From positions 310,001 to 374,000 of the forward strand of contig CAJFCJ010000030.1 in NCBI GenBank assembly GCA_904063045.1: a stretch of DNA of 64,000 nucleotides, in the 5' to 3' direction. This document shows positions 41,301 to 53,807 of the stretch, piece after piece (position 1 is the stretch's first letter; each line of letters begins with the position of its first letter). The DNA is from Dimorphilus gyrociliatus. Its lineage: Eukaryota; Animalia; Annelida. The notes under the pieces are model-generated. The model ran no database searches. It had not been told where the DNA came from and saw only the letters and a program-made list of their open reading frames with translations. A program made the translations under genes and the position numbers.

Positions 41301-42507
41301 TTGAAATCTAACATCCTAGGAAGAAGTATTTGTTTGTTCTTTCATATATCTATTTATTTATCTTGTTTTCTGTTACAAAATGAATACATCACTCTTTTAA
41401 AATTACAATCTTGTAATAATTTAAAGAAGTTGATGTTTGTCAGATCAAAGTTTGTTTGAAACGCCTATTTGGGTTTAATAAGTGATAGGCAACTGTAAAG
41501 GTGCAAACGTTTAACTATGTAAATAGATTAGTAACATTTGTAGCTAAAAGAAACGAGATGTATTTTTAGTAAAAGTAAAATATCATCTACTATTTAATTA
41601 AGTATTTGGAGACCTATTCTAATAATTATTTTCGTACTTTAAGTGTTCGAAATGCTCTTACTTGTTTGTCACTGACAAGCTAACCCTTTAGCTATTTAGG
41701 GAAAACTTTTCTAAAAGGAATTTATTGTTTATAGTGTGTCAGCCATCAATTTAACCCATAAATCCATTAATTTTCCATAAGTATATATGATATTTTCACT
41801 TCTATCAAAGAAGTTTCAAACATTCGTAAGACTTCATTTCTCATTTCTTTCATGTATCAAAGAGAAGTCTATAAAGTAAAAGTGATCATATATATTGCAA
41901 TGTTTTATTACTTAGGTCCGAAAAGTGTAAACAGAGGTTATAAATATAGACTTACGGAAGCTGTATAGATGGTGCCACGTAACTGTTTACATGTGTCGCC
42001 ATTAAGCGGCTAAAAATGTTGCTACTATTGTACAAAATTTGTACTGGTTTTCCGTTTTAGGCGTGACATTTGTCAAAGGCGTATAGGAAATGAGCTTTTA
42101 GTGAAGTAATATCTACTATTCAGTTGGTAATCGACAATATAGTCCGGTATTTTTTTCCTATCAATAGAAATTGGTAAGCTATCACGTTCTGTTTATGTTT
42201 TCCTCTTATGAAACTATCATGTACTAGTAAAACGATGATTAATTCCCAACCTCATTAGGCAAGTTAATTAAGGGCATATTTTCTAAAATTTACGCCCTCT
42301 CACTTAATTACGTTGAACGAATCACGTCTTAAGTAACGTAAAGCTATGGCGTTTCAAAAAAACTTTTTCCTCTTTATACATAAAGAAAGGCGAAACGGAT
42401 AGGAAAAAAAACTACAAAATGATTCCCAAAAGTCGACTTAGAGGTCTGTGAGAAATAACATGAAAATGAGTTAAGACAAAAAACAACTCATTCATACATC
42501 ATCTAAA

Positions 42508-42518
42508 GCGCATGCGCA
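42508..42518. promoter_or_regulatory. NRF1-type element GCGCATGCGCA in the Serrate/Jagged promoter
   Basis: Near-perfect match to TGCGCATGCGCA, 64 nt upstream of the ATG. Related copies at 11520-11529 and 63051-63060. Confidence 0.55.
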
Positions 42519-42581
42519 TTACGTTTGCAAACGTTCCTTTCATATTAATCTCACTTTGTCTTCGAGCACGAAACTTTCCCT

Positions 42582-45500
42582 ATGACGATCATACACTGGC
42601 ATAGTTTTCTATTATTATTTTCTTTTGCTTTTGAAACAACTTCTTATGGTAAATTCGAAATATTTCTTATGGATATTCCAAAACAAGATAGGAACTCGAC
42701 CTACTTACGAGTTTGTCTCAAGAAACTTCAACCATTAACTGCCTTAGATGAAGAGTGTTCTGTTGCATATGCCTCTTTGGCTTCGCCAAAATGGGGAACT
42801 ATTATTGAGTTGCCTTTAAAAAATGCATGGATGGTCAGTTAAAATTGTCTAATTCAGTATTTCATACTTCTCTTTCAGTAGTCATTTTTATTTGCTCTTT
42901 TGTTTATAAAATTGTCAAATAAGATTGCCTCGACAGGCATTGCATTATAAATTTACATTTAATTAACCTTTAGTTATTTAAATATAATATACTGCTTATA
43001 TTATTCATTTTATCAAAAACTGTATATTTCTATTATCTAGAATTCTTCGTGTTCCCTTCGAGACAATCTCCTTTTCTTTCTCTTTTTTTTTTGTAAACGA
43101 CAGTTAGAATGGGAAATATAGCTAGTGCGATTGGACGTCGATTACTAAGCATCGCACGCAATTCTAGAGATTTTTCTCCTAATCAGTAAATATACAGTTT
43201 ATTTCCAGCTAAAATATTTATTTTTCTTATAGAACAAAATATATAAAATCCATATTTAAATAATAATTCTTTTACTCTATCTTTTTCATTATTATTGTCG
43301 TAGTTAGTGTTTTATTTTTCGTGTTTCAACATAATTTGTCTTCTATCTTATATCATATCAAAACTCAATTATCCTTTAAAATAATAGATTGTATTCCCAA
43401 TATATATAAATCATAATTTATAACATAACAGACAACTTTCACACTAACACTTCAAGTCGTTGATATTTCCTCTCCATGGTCAACTTGGACTTTCTATAAT
43501 GGAGCGTTACTGAGTGGGAGACGATGGAATTCTATTTTGAGAAATGTTAATGGTCAACTATTCCATTATAAGATTAGAATGGTTTGCAATCAGAATTACT
43601 ACGCAAGAGATTGTAAGACATATTGTCGGCCAAGAAACGAAAAATATGGTCATTATCTGTGTGATTCGTCTGGAGATAAGATTTGCCTTAAAGGCTGGTT
43701 TGGCAGACACTGCGAAAAAGGTGTTTAAAATTCGTAACTGCATGTATTTAGTATGCTTAAATTCGTTTAGAAACGATACATAAGAAATACATTAATTGTT
43801 TCGATGATCGTAATAAGCTCTACTTCCCTTTTTTGTGACTATTGCATCCGTGTCTTTAATTTTCTTTCTTTCAATATGTATTTTTTTCCTCGACTAATTA
43901 ACCTTATCTCTGCGACAGCAACTTGTAAAGCTGGTTGCCTCCATGGTACTTGCACTAAGCAAGGAGAATGCAGGTAAGAATAATTAAGATATCATCTTAT
44001 TAAACTACAAGTACAATTACGTCTCATTGATACAAATTTCTTAAAGGAAATAGATTTCTCTAATTGCTTTGAAAAAAATTCCTTACAGTTGTGATCCTGG
44101 TTGGCAGGGCGTCCTGTGCAACGTTTGTAAAGCTTTTCCCGGGTGTAAAAACGGTTATTGCCTCGACAAACCTTGGCAGTGTATTTGCTATAAAAATTGG
44201 GGTGGTAGTTTGTGTGATAAAGGCTAGTATTTATGCCCTAAAATCTCTTCTATTTAACAGTTAATTTCTCTTTATCTGTCTTTCTCTCTTTCTCTATATA
44301 GATTTAGATTATTGTGCAACCAATTCACCATGTAAAAACGGTGGTTATTGTAAAAATACGGCTGACGGCCACTATATTTGTGAGTGTAAGAGAGGATATC
44401 ATGGCTTAAATTGCGAATATGGTAGGGTTATCAAATTTATTTATACTGTACAATCATCCTTAATCATCATGAATATTTCATCTATTAATCAACGGAAAAC
44501 AATACATATATATATGTATTTATATATTTATACATTTTGTTAATTGTCATTGAAGAATTATCCTGCAATGGAAGAAACTGCAATCAATTGCAAAACTACT
44601 GTTGGTGCCTGAACGGTGGTAGTTGTATACCTACAAACTTAACGGTTAAGTGCGTATGCTCAAATTACTATGGAGAGTATTGCCAGCATCGAATCGATAG
44701 TTGCAAACTTAATCCCTGTTTAAACGGTGGGAGGTGTTCTAGGGTGAAAGGTATAGAAAAATTCTAATTGAAATTTTATTCATCTTAGCTATTTGTTTAA
44801 GTGATTTCACTATTCGTATGCGATATTTTGCCACACTTCAGTTTTAAATAGAGAATAATTATGATTACAGAGAAGTAAGTTTAAATTGCATTTTTGCAGT
44901 TTACGATTACTTCTGTCAATGTCCTTTGGACTTTACTGGTAAAAACTGTTCTATTCCTCGCCCTACGAGAGCCATAGGGAATTTGCGATGCCTTTGCAGT
45001 AGGAATCAAAGGTGTTTAAATGGTAAATGCGTCTGTAAACCTGGTTTTACTGGTATAAATTGTACAGATGGTATTTAGTTTTTTAGCTCTAAAATTCCTA
45101 ATTAATTATTCAAAATAAAATGATATGCTTTTTTTCACAGAAATAGACAATTGCTTAACTGATAGTTGTTTAAATGGTGGAACTTGTGTCAACGGATTAA
45201 AAGGTATTGTTTGTATTTGTAAAGATCGTTGGCAAGGTCAAAGTTGTGAGTTAGGTAGGTTAATTTTTATAATCCGATTAATTTCAAACAACTCTTATAT
45301 AAATTATTTACATTAGATAATAGAAATTATCAAGTAAATCAAACATATTCAAATGTATTATACCCATTAACAAAGGCAAATGATTGTCAAGCAAAAATTT
45401 GTCAGAATGGAGGAACTTGCATAAATACTGGTGATGAAGGGTTTATTTGCCTATGTAAGTCATATTTTGAAGGAAAGTTATGCCAGAAACGTAAAAATCA

Positions 45501-46853
45501 TTGCCATTCTCTACCTTGTTGGAATGGTGGGAGTTGTTTTGAAAGAATTGACGATTTCCATTGCGTATGCTTAAATGGTTTTAGCGGGAAACAGTGTGAA
45601 TCCAGTAAGTAAATACATTTACCACTTAATTATAAACGAATTAACGTTAACTACTTTATAGAAATAAATCAATGTTCATCTTTACCTTGTCCTTGGGGAT
45701 CCTCTTGTATTGAAAAAAATGGCTCTTTTAAGTGCATTTGTCCCAAATATAGAAGTGGAAAACTATGTCAAAGTAAGAATTCTAAATAAAATATAGAAAT
45801 TCTATATAAAACGCACTTAATTATTAAAATAGAAACAGTGAAAATTGATTTTAAAGTACCGTATTGTCATTACAAACGTAAATTATACGTACATAAAGAA
45901 GAATGGGAAGACAACTGCAATCTATGCAAATGTTTCTCTGGAATTGTTAAATGTAGCAAGGTAGGAGGAAAACAGTATTACAAATGTTAATTGTTTCAAA
46001 TGTAATAGTCTTTTTTGTTTCAGCTATATTGCCCTAATTATATTTTTTACAAAAAGAGATGCACGGAAGATATTTCCAACTCGTTAACCGCTATTAAATG
46101 TTTTACACCAAACTGTAATAAACTGCAAAGATGCTCATTTTATAACGAAACCTTCTCCTCAAAGAAAGTATGCGGAAAGAAAAATTGTTCTATTGTAACA
46201 TTTTGCTTTCATAAAAACCGATTAAAAGAGGTAAATATCATATATAAGTCATATAATATTTTATATAAATGAATTTTAATAGGGTCTAGCAATTGCTGAA
46301 GTTTGTGATAGGATAAGAAGATTATACAGTATTCGTAGAATATTTACAATTTCAACGTTATATGTTGAATGTTCACTATCAAATTCTATAAGTGAAGAAA
46401 AGTGTTTAGATGTGAAATTAGTAAGGAGATTCTTTCATTATTTATTACATATTATATATAAATTTTTGACAATAGATACTAGAAGACATTATCGATTATC
46501 CTAAATTAATGAATCTAATCGTTTTATTACCGGAATATTCTTTGCTGGAAATGGATATTTTATCGGCAGTAAAATTAAAGGAGACTATACAAAGTAACGA
46601 TCAAAATGAACCGAAACCCCTTTATAAACTTGGCATAATTTTTGCAATTTGTCTCAGTATATTGACAATTGTCTCCTTTTCTTTATGTATAATTGTATTT
46701 AAAAGGAAGATTTCGAAGAAATCTGTTTATTATCAGACCTACTACAGCAATTCCTCTTATAAGTATTCTGCCGTAAATAATTTAGAATTACCTATGCTAG
46801 ACGATTCAATTAGCCAAAACTGTACAACTGTTCAGTACTATGATTTTAAGTAA
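42582..46853 (+). CDS. Ser/Jag: Serrate/Jagged-family Notch ligand: signal peptide, degenerate MNNL/C2, DSL, about 10 EGF repeats, vWC-like Cys-rich domain, TM and short tail. 14 exons (42582-42833, 43432-43720, 43919-43973, 44089-44222, 44302-44421, 44556-44750, 44900-45070, 45141-45254, 45317-45604, 45662-45772, 45833-45960, 46024-46230, 46283-46420, 46476-46853)
   Basis: MNNL-like GKFEIFL...YLRVCLK. DSL CNQNYYARDCKTYCRPRNEKYGHYLCDSSGDKICLKGWFGRHC. DOS-type EGF1-2. The Serrate-specific Cys-rich region WEDNCNLCKCFSGIVKCSK...NCSIVTFCFHK..GLAIAEVCDRIR separates it from Delta. TM LGIIFAICLSILTIVSFSLCIIVF. Confidence 0.88.
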
Positions 46854-46931
46854 TTCATTTCTTTTTCTAAATTTTAATCTATTAATAAAGCACCTAAAGT
46901 ATTTAATAGTTCATATTTTGTAGCACTGTTA

Positions 46932-46944
46932 GCGCCATCTAGCG
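46932..46944. promoter_or_regulatory. CTCF-like motif GCGCCATCTAGCG between the Jagged-like and CARD-like genes
   Basis: Strong match to the CTCF core, about 80 nt after the Jagged stop codon. Confidence 0.45.
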
Positions 46945-48074
46945 TTTATATTAAGGAATACATAAAATAAATTTTTATACTAATATCTTTAATTAATATT
47001 TAAATAAGTTTGCAGTTAATTAATATTGTAGAAAGAAAATTGGAGAGAATATGAAATATGAAGCTTAATCAATTTTTATTAGAAATAACGTATAGTATAA
47101 TGACAGTATTTTAGCCTTGATCTAGATTAATTTAGATCGAATTGTCAAAAGTAAAATCTGTTTATTTGTTGACGAATAACAGGCTTTTCTCTCTTTTTTC
47201 TTTCTTTCTTTTTTTTTTACGATTTCTTCATTGTTCCTTAATTTATTGTTGATGTTATTCTTTAAAGTTTCTATTGAAATACAAAATATAAAGACATTAT
47301 TTTTAAATGCATTGAATTTTCATTCAATTAAAAATAATTAAAATTTCCTTAAACGACAGCTGTAATTTACTATAATTAGGGAAAAACCGTCAAAGTATAT
47401 AGAGTATATACTGTGTATTTATCAAACACAAAAAATAAACTGGTACCTGAACGGTGAATTTTTAATTGAGGCGGGAAGAGAAAACTTAATTTAAAAAAAG
47501 CCGAGTGCCGTGGTTTTAAAATGTATTACCTTAGTTAATCCCATTTTAAAGTTAAGCATTTAATACTGATAGTGCTACCAACTGAATGAATTCCTATTTC
47601 ATATCATAAAATACTCGACTTATAGAGATAATAAAGATTAAATAATGCTAGTTAGCTAAGAGATTGATTTTATAACCGGATGTTCATCCAGTTTAAACAG
47701 ATGTTTTTAATTTTTATTTGAAAAGCTCTACATCTATACATGTAAACGTTTTTTTATTTATTTAGATAATTTCTCAATATCTTATAAATAAATAAAGATA
47801 TGTAAGTATGCTGTAAACTCTAGTAATATAGATAAAATTTGGAATTAATATTTCTTTGTATTTTGTTTATTTATAGAATTATTTTATTCTTTAAAAAATA
47901 AACCGTATGCTATTTTTCATACACTTTACACATCTGTATGATTAGCATACATAGGCCTAGAGTAGCTATAGGGCACCATCTAACGTATAAATAATATGCT
48001 GGATAAGGCTGTAGGGCACGTGTATATTAGGCACAACCCAAGAGCTTTTGTAAAAGGTTTGAGAGAAATAGAGG

Positions 48075-48096
48075 GAGAGAGAGAGAGAGAGAGAGA
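48075..48096. repeat. (GA)n microsatellite
   Basis: About 10 GA units, read directly. Confidence 0.85.
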
Positions 48097-48326
48097 CAAG
48101 CAGACAGGCCGACTAACTGACATACAGACAGACAGATAAAGGAGTAAAGAGACTTATAAAAGAGAACAAAAACTAAAGAGAAAAAAGTAATTTTATTTAT
48201 TTTACCAACTATTTTCGTTTTATATTACACAACAAATCAATATGAATCTTATCTATAGGATAGGTAATAATTATTTGCATAACTGTTTTTTTCTTTTCCA
48301 AGTGCTATGCAATCGAATAGACGGGA

Positions 48327-49827
48327 ATGACTAGAAAAAGTGTTTGTTTAGTATATGCCAGGTAAGTGATATATCGAGCTTGAATTTTATTCCATATTGA
48401 TAAATATTCATGTAGAATAAAAAGAAATCTTTAAGAGGAGAGTTGTTTAAGGTAGATAAGTGAATTTTCTCTATACTCAGCTGTTTAATATCGAAATTTC
48501 TTCTTTCCCCTAAATATATAATTGTATTGAATTACATAGTCTAGGAGGTAGTTTTAAAAGTAGAATAGATATCTATATATAGGTTGATATAATATATTTC
48601 GTTTAAGAATAAGTTAGGTGTATGCGTGGCCATGTTTTTAACGCCTACCTATATCCTTATAAGAGTATAACTATAATAAAAAACATATTTTATAGTTTCT
48701 ATATAATTTCATTTAAATAAGAAATAATAATGATAATAATAAACTACGAACAACTAAGAGGCAGTTTTTATCAACTTTTAGAATTTCTTACTTTTCAAAT
48801 AAATTCATTTATACAAAAAATATTAGCCCTATATTAAAAAGGAATTTATTCTTTGCTTTACAAATTCAGTCTCGTCAATACTATTCTTAAATTAATTAAT
48901 AATAGACTGGCCCGTAAAAGATTTCGTTCCCTATAATAATAGGCCTACCATCTATTAAATTTATATAAACTAGTATAAATATAAGCGTATATATATATAT
49001 ACAGTATATATGGATTTTTGTAATAAATTTATTTGTTTTTTCATATTTTCAGTATGACAAATCGAATATGTAAAAAAGAAATAAAAGATTCCCTAATCCT
49101 AACAGAAGATTTAATTGATTACTTACAAAGCCATTCGGCTATTTCTAAGGATATTAAATTTACTGATCTTGATTTAAAGGAAGAGACTAATAAAGAAATT
49201 ATCCTTCATCAAATTGAAACTAGAAAAAGTCAAAGTCTATTCATAAATGCATTAAGATTTACTGGACAATATCAACTTGCATCTCTAATTGATGATGAAG
49301 AGAAGATTAATGTTGTTAACGCAAATAATAATATAAAGGGAGAATTATTCATTAAATTGAAAATTATTAAAACATTTATTAAGAAAAATTCAATAGAATT
49401 GAATGAAATAACAATTGAAGAAAATGAGGAAAATACTAAAACGTCTTGTTTTTGTTGGTTAAAGAAGAAATCGAAAACCAGTAAAAAAATAGATAAGAAA
49501 CAATTGGATTCTAATCAAAGTCAGAAGATATTAAATTCTATTTATAATGAATTAATGAGTGACAATTATAAGTTAAAAATAGTAAAATATTTTGAAGAAG
49601 ATCTTTCATGTTTTATATTCGATATGAAAAGAACGGAGAGTGACATTACACTTCATCTGATTTGTTATAATGATAGACAATTAACGGATTTAATTAATAG
49701 GATAAATAATTCAAGCATTGTTAAAGAATTAAAGCCATTGTTAATAGACGAAAATCTTTTAAATATCAACAATTTAGCTGATATTACATTTAGTTTAAGC
49801 AGTGAACAAATTGTTCAAAATGTTTGA
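48327..49827 (+). CDS. CARD/death-fold-like N-terminus plus C-terminal TRADD-N-like domain. Exons 48327-48361 (tentative) and 49053-49827
   Basis: 264-codon ORF. The N-terminal helical region ends FINALRFTGQYQLASLI, resembling CARD helix 5-6 (F..AL..TGQ..LA.LL). The C-terminus has SDITLHLICYNDRQLTDL...LKPLLIDENLL. The upstream mini-exon MTRKSVCLVYA+AG|gtaagt joins in phase 2. Confidence 0.6.
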
Positions 49828-50368
49828 ATAGAAAAAAACTGCTCATTATTTGTTTTTTTTTTATACATTACATTTGAATATATTCAAATAGTCTACACAA
49901 AAATGTATTTATACACCTGAATATACGACATATAATAATATATATATACTGTATAAATATGTGGATAAGCTCTTTACTCATTTCATTCCGAGAGATGACG
50001 CCACAGAATGCTAATATGCATTTATCGTGTTATTTTCTTATATACATATATATTATATATAATGTTCTATATATTATTTTTATGTTTTTATGCTTAACAA
50101 AAAATTCATTGTACGCAAAATAACACAAAAAAGTCGAAAAAAGTTTTTATTTCCCTATTTGAAAGACAAAGACCTCAGCAGATTCATTGGCAATCCTCCA
50201 ATTGTTCCAACTAGTCTTTTTTTCTTTTTATTAATTGATACCGAAACCGAACATTTACGATAAAAGTACGATTATGTACGATTGTTTGTAAAATGCTTTA
50301 AATTGGGACGAAATCTACTTCTCAGTCGCATTTATCTTAACGACAGCCTTTGGAGAATTACTTTAGAA

Positions 50369-51242
50369 ATGATGCAACAAATTTCAACTCTTTCCTTTCT
50401 AATTCTGCTGAGTATCTTTTTAGAAAGTCAATCAAAAAGTATGCAACGATATTAAACAACAAAAAGTTGATTAATTAATTTTCTTATTTATTACTCTTTT
50501 TCTCTCAAAACAGAATTAAGCGATTTATATAAACTTGGAAAGATAACTGCTGATGAAGATTATTGTTCTATTGAATTGGATAAATGTACAAAGAAATTAA
50601 AGAATGATAAATCTAGTACCTCGTCTCCTATGACTTTTTCAAAAACATGCGAAAATCGAAATTCTTATTTGGAATGCGCAAGAAAACTTAAAGGAAAAGT
50701 TCTAACTGTTAAAAATAACGTAAAAGTTCTTTGTACAATTGAACATTTCGACATTTTTGAATCATGTATAAAAAACGCTTGCAAAGATGGTTTGTAGATA
50801 TTTCTATAAATTGATCATTATAAAACTCTTTTATTGTTTTTAGCTTGTAAATGCGAAATGAGCCATTGTGAAGAATTCTCTAAAGATAAATGTCAAAAGT
50901 GGTATTGTCAACGAAACGCAAATCGTCACTGCCAAGGAGAATTTATTAATTCAAACTTTAATTCTCCATCAATGATTGTACTTGATGTAATAAAATTAAT
51001 TTGTAAGTATATATTTTTAATATATAGTTTATAATCATTCTATATTATTGTATTCTCTTATCATTTTAACAGGCAGAGAAACAAAAAATATATTCACAAA
51101 AAATCAATGTATACACAAGAAGAAACGTGATAATTTGATATCGTATTGTTCATTATATAGTCAAAAAACTGAAAAGAGAAAGAAAAATGGAGTTTACAGC
51201 TCTACGACTTTATTGTACGCTAAAACTGAACTTTTAAACTAA
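50369..51242 (+). CDS. Secreted cysteine-rich protein of unknown family, 224 aa, 4 exons (50369-50438, 50514-50789, 50844-51002, 51073-51242)
   Basis: Signal-like N-terminus MMQQISTLSFLILLSIFLES. Three short phase-1 GT-AG introns join three Cys-rich ORFs of the track into one frame of 675 nt, with 16 Cys. Confidence 0.75.
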
Positions 51243-52849
51243 GCAAATTGTAATTTACACGATGCTCAATGAAAATAACGGAATAAAGAACGAAACTGTA
51301 TAATAATTATATATATAAATAGTATAGATATTAAATAATTGTATGAAACCTGTATGTATATATGTTATAAATGTCTTTGATAAAATTAATTGATGAATAA
51401 AGATATATATATATATATAACAATGATAATTTTACTCAAAAGCTAGTTGATGAAAAGCAGTGTAATGTCTAATCTTTTATAGAAGGAAGTGTATTTCTTT
51501 ACTAAAGATGTATTAAGAATTTTCACTTTATATTGGTTAAGTAAACATCATAGTTCTATCTTCTACTTCTAGTCTTACTATTTCATAAAGTTTATAGAAT
51601 ATTGAGAAATAGTCAAAAATTTAAAGACAAAGATACAAATATAATACGTATGTAGATATATAAATGCGTACATACATGCAACAACCTGTACACTCAAACA
51701 CACACACACATACATACACATATACACACAGACACATGCATATATTAAGACATAAAAAAAAGAGGAAACAAAACAGCTCTTCTCTTTTTTTATGTCACCT
51801 GTCCTACTGTCAGATTACTGTGTTTGAACTAGTTAGATCTGTTCATCATACATTCGCTCTACCTTTTTTGCTGAAAACTTAAAACAATGGGGATAACGTA
51901 CAATGATGTAGCTTTTAAAAATAAACACAGGCTCTGGCCTATATTAAAGACCTTAAATTTTATTCCTGCTAGTGCCAAAAAAAGAAGAGATAGGCTGCTT
52001 GAATAAGAAAGTAGAAATTTTCCATACGTGTTTTATTACGTAAGCTATAAATTGAGATGCGATTTATTTATTACAAAAATAGAATAACATAAAGAAGATT
52101 TTTAGATTGTAAAGAAAAAATGTAATAGAATATGATAAAAAATAACGACTTTGGTACTTTTTATGTAATGGATAAGCAATTTGAAGTAAACAATATTGTG
52201 TGTGGTAAATATATATCTATAAATAACAAACAATAATCATTCTAACCCAATCAACTCTCTATACACTTCATTCATAAAAACAATATGCAAATACATATAT
52301 ATATATATATATATATCAAATATATGTGAAAATCTACTTAAACAATAGAAAGAATGAAAAACTACGACAAAGAAATTAAAAGTGTCTAAGAGCGACATCT
52401 ATATCGTATAAAAGGGAATATTTTGGGCGCAGCTGCATCTTTTCTATACTTAATTTTGGATTCTAAAATCACTTTAAGAATTACAGATTACACGCACAAT
52501 TGTTTATAACACAATTTATAAACAAAAGAAAATTTATATACTGACATTTTTTATATATAAATACTAACACGTGCGCAGCTAGTGTAAATGTTATTTTATA
52601 CAAACATTTTTCTTTATACATATCTATATATACAGTACAATATGCAAGTATGAAGACTATACCTTCATGCTAAAAATAAGTTCCTTCGGTACAAAGGAAT
52701 GATAAGAAAGAGAAAATGATAAAAATTCAACTTTTCATCACGAAGTATAGATAGTTGTAAATCTTTTTCAATAAAATTATTATACCTATATTTCTTGTAT
52801 ATAACACTATACATTCTCTTATTATTTTTACTTTATTATTAAATAGACA

Positions 52850-53388
52850 ATGTCGGAGATTTCGTCTAAAATTAAACTTTGGCAAAATCTATCTAAACAG
52901 CACGTCCACAAGCAGCAGGTAATTTCCGGAGAGTGGGCACCGATTTCTCCAGTCATGTTCAACAAAGAAGAGTACGGTAGGCCTGAGAAAGGTTTACAGT
53001 TTTCGCTTTTTACACTTTTTAAATTGTTTACTTACAAAAGAAAATATATAAAAATAAAGGTTCACTCAGTGAAAAACGAGGAACGGAAGCCAGTAAGAGA
53101 ATTGATGAAGAATTATTTCAACTATACGAAATCATTGCTAATATCGGCTATTTATCGAATGGCTATTATACCGTAACTTTCGGAGAATTGTTTAGGGAAT
53201 ACGAAACAATTTCCAATAAGCTCAACGGCTTACTTGTAAGGGCTAGGAAAAGGGATATGGTCAAATTCGAAGGCGAGGTACTTTTCGAAAGAAAGGATGA
53301 TAATGTAGTAATAAAATTAGAAGAATTCAAGTTGAAAAGGCTAAAGGATATTTCCCAAGAAGCGTCTTTGAACTTTGACTCCGAATAG
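52850..53388 (+). CDS. ABRA: Actin-binding Rho-activating protein (ABRA/STARS, Costars domain), 156 aa, exons 52850-52991 and 53060-53388
   Basis: The spliced protein has EEYGRPEKGSLSEKRG...VTFGELFREYETISNKLNGLLVRARKRDMVKFEGEVLFERKDDNVVIKL, which matches the ABRA/Costars signature (YGRP..G; VTFG.LF..Y..IS.K..G.L.RARK...V.FEGE.L.Q..DD.V.I). Confidence 0.92.
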
Positions 53389-53807
53389 ATTTAAGCTTAG
53401 TTTGTATGACTGAATATTATTCTTGTAGTCTTTCTTTATTCTTTACGAAAACGATGATTTTTTTTTTCAAAAAACAAAAAGGAAGCTTTTTCTATTCGCT
53501 TTGTTTATATTTTCTTTTTGGCAATTCTTAATTAGCAATTTATATAGTAAAAAGATGAATTAATCATAGCAATAATCATAATATTGTTAATAATATAAAT
53601 ATCATAGATAACACAGAACTTACTTTAAGACGTGGCAGTTATCTACATGACTAGTAAAAGTATACGTGTATAAAAAAAATATATATGTATATATATATAT
53701 TATAAGCACATAGTTGATTGTATATGAAAGGTTTTATATTATACTTTATATTACGCATACAAAATCGTTATCATTTAAAACATCTTCATGATTGTTATAT
53801 TATATAT

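Noticed and set aside
52670-52679. MEF2-like CTAAAAATAA upstream of ABRA, a known MEF2/SRF target in vertebrates
   Set aside because: An all-A/T motif expected often by chance here, and I saw no CArG box.
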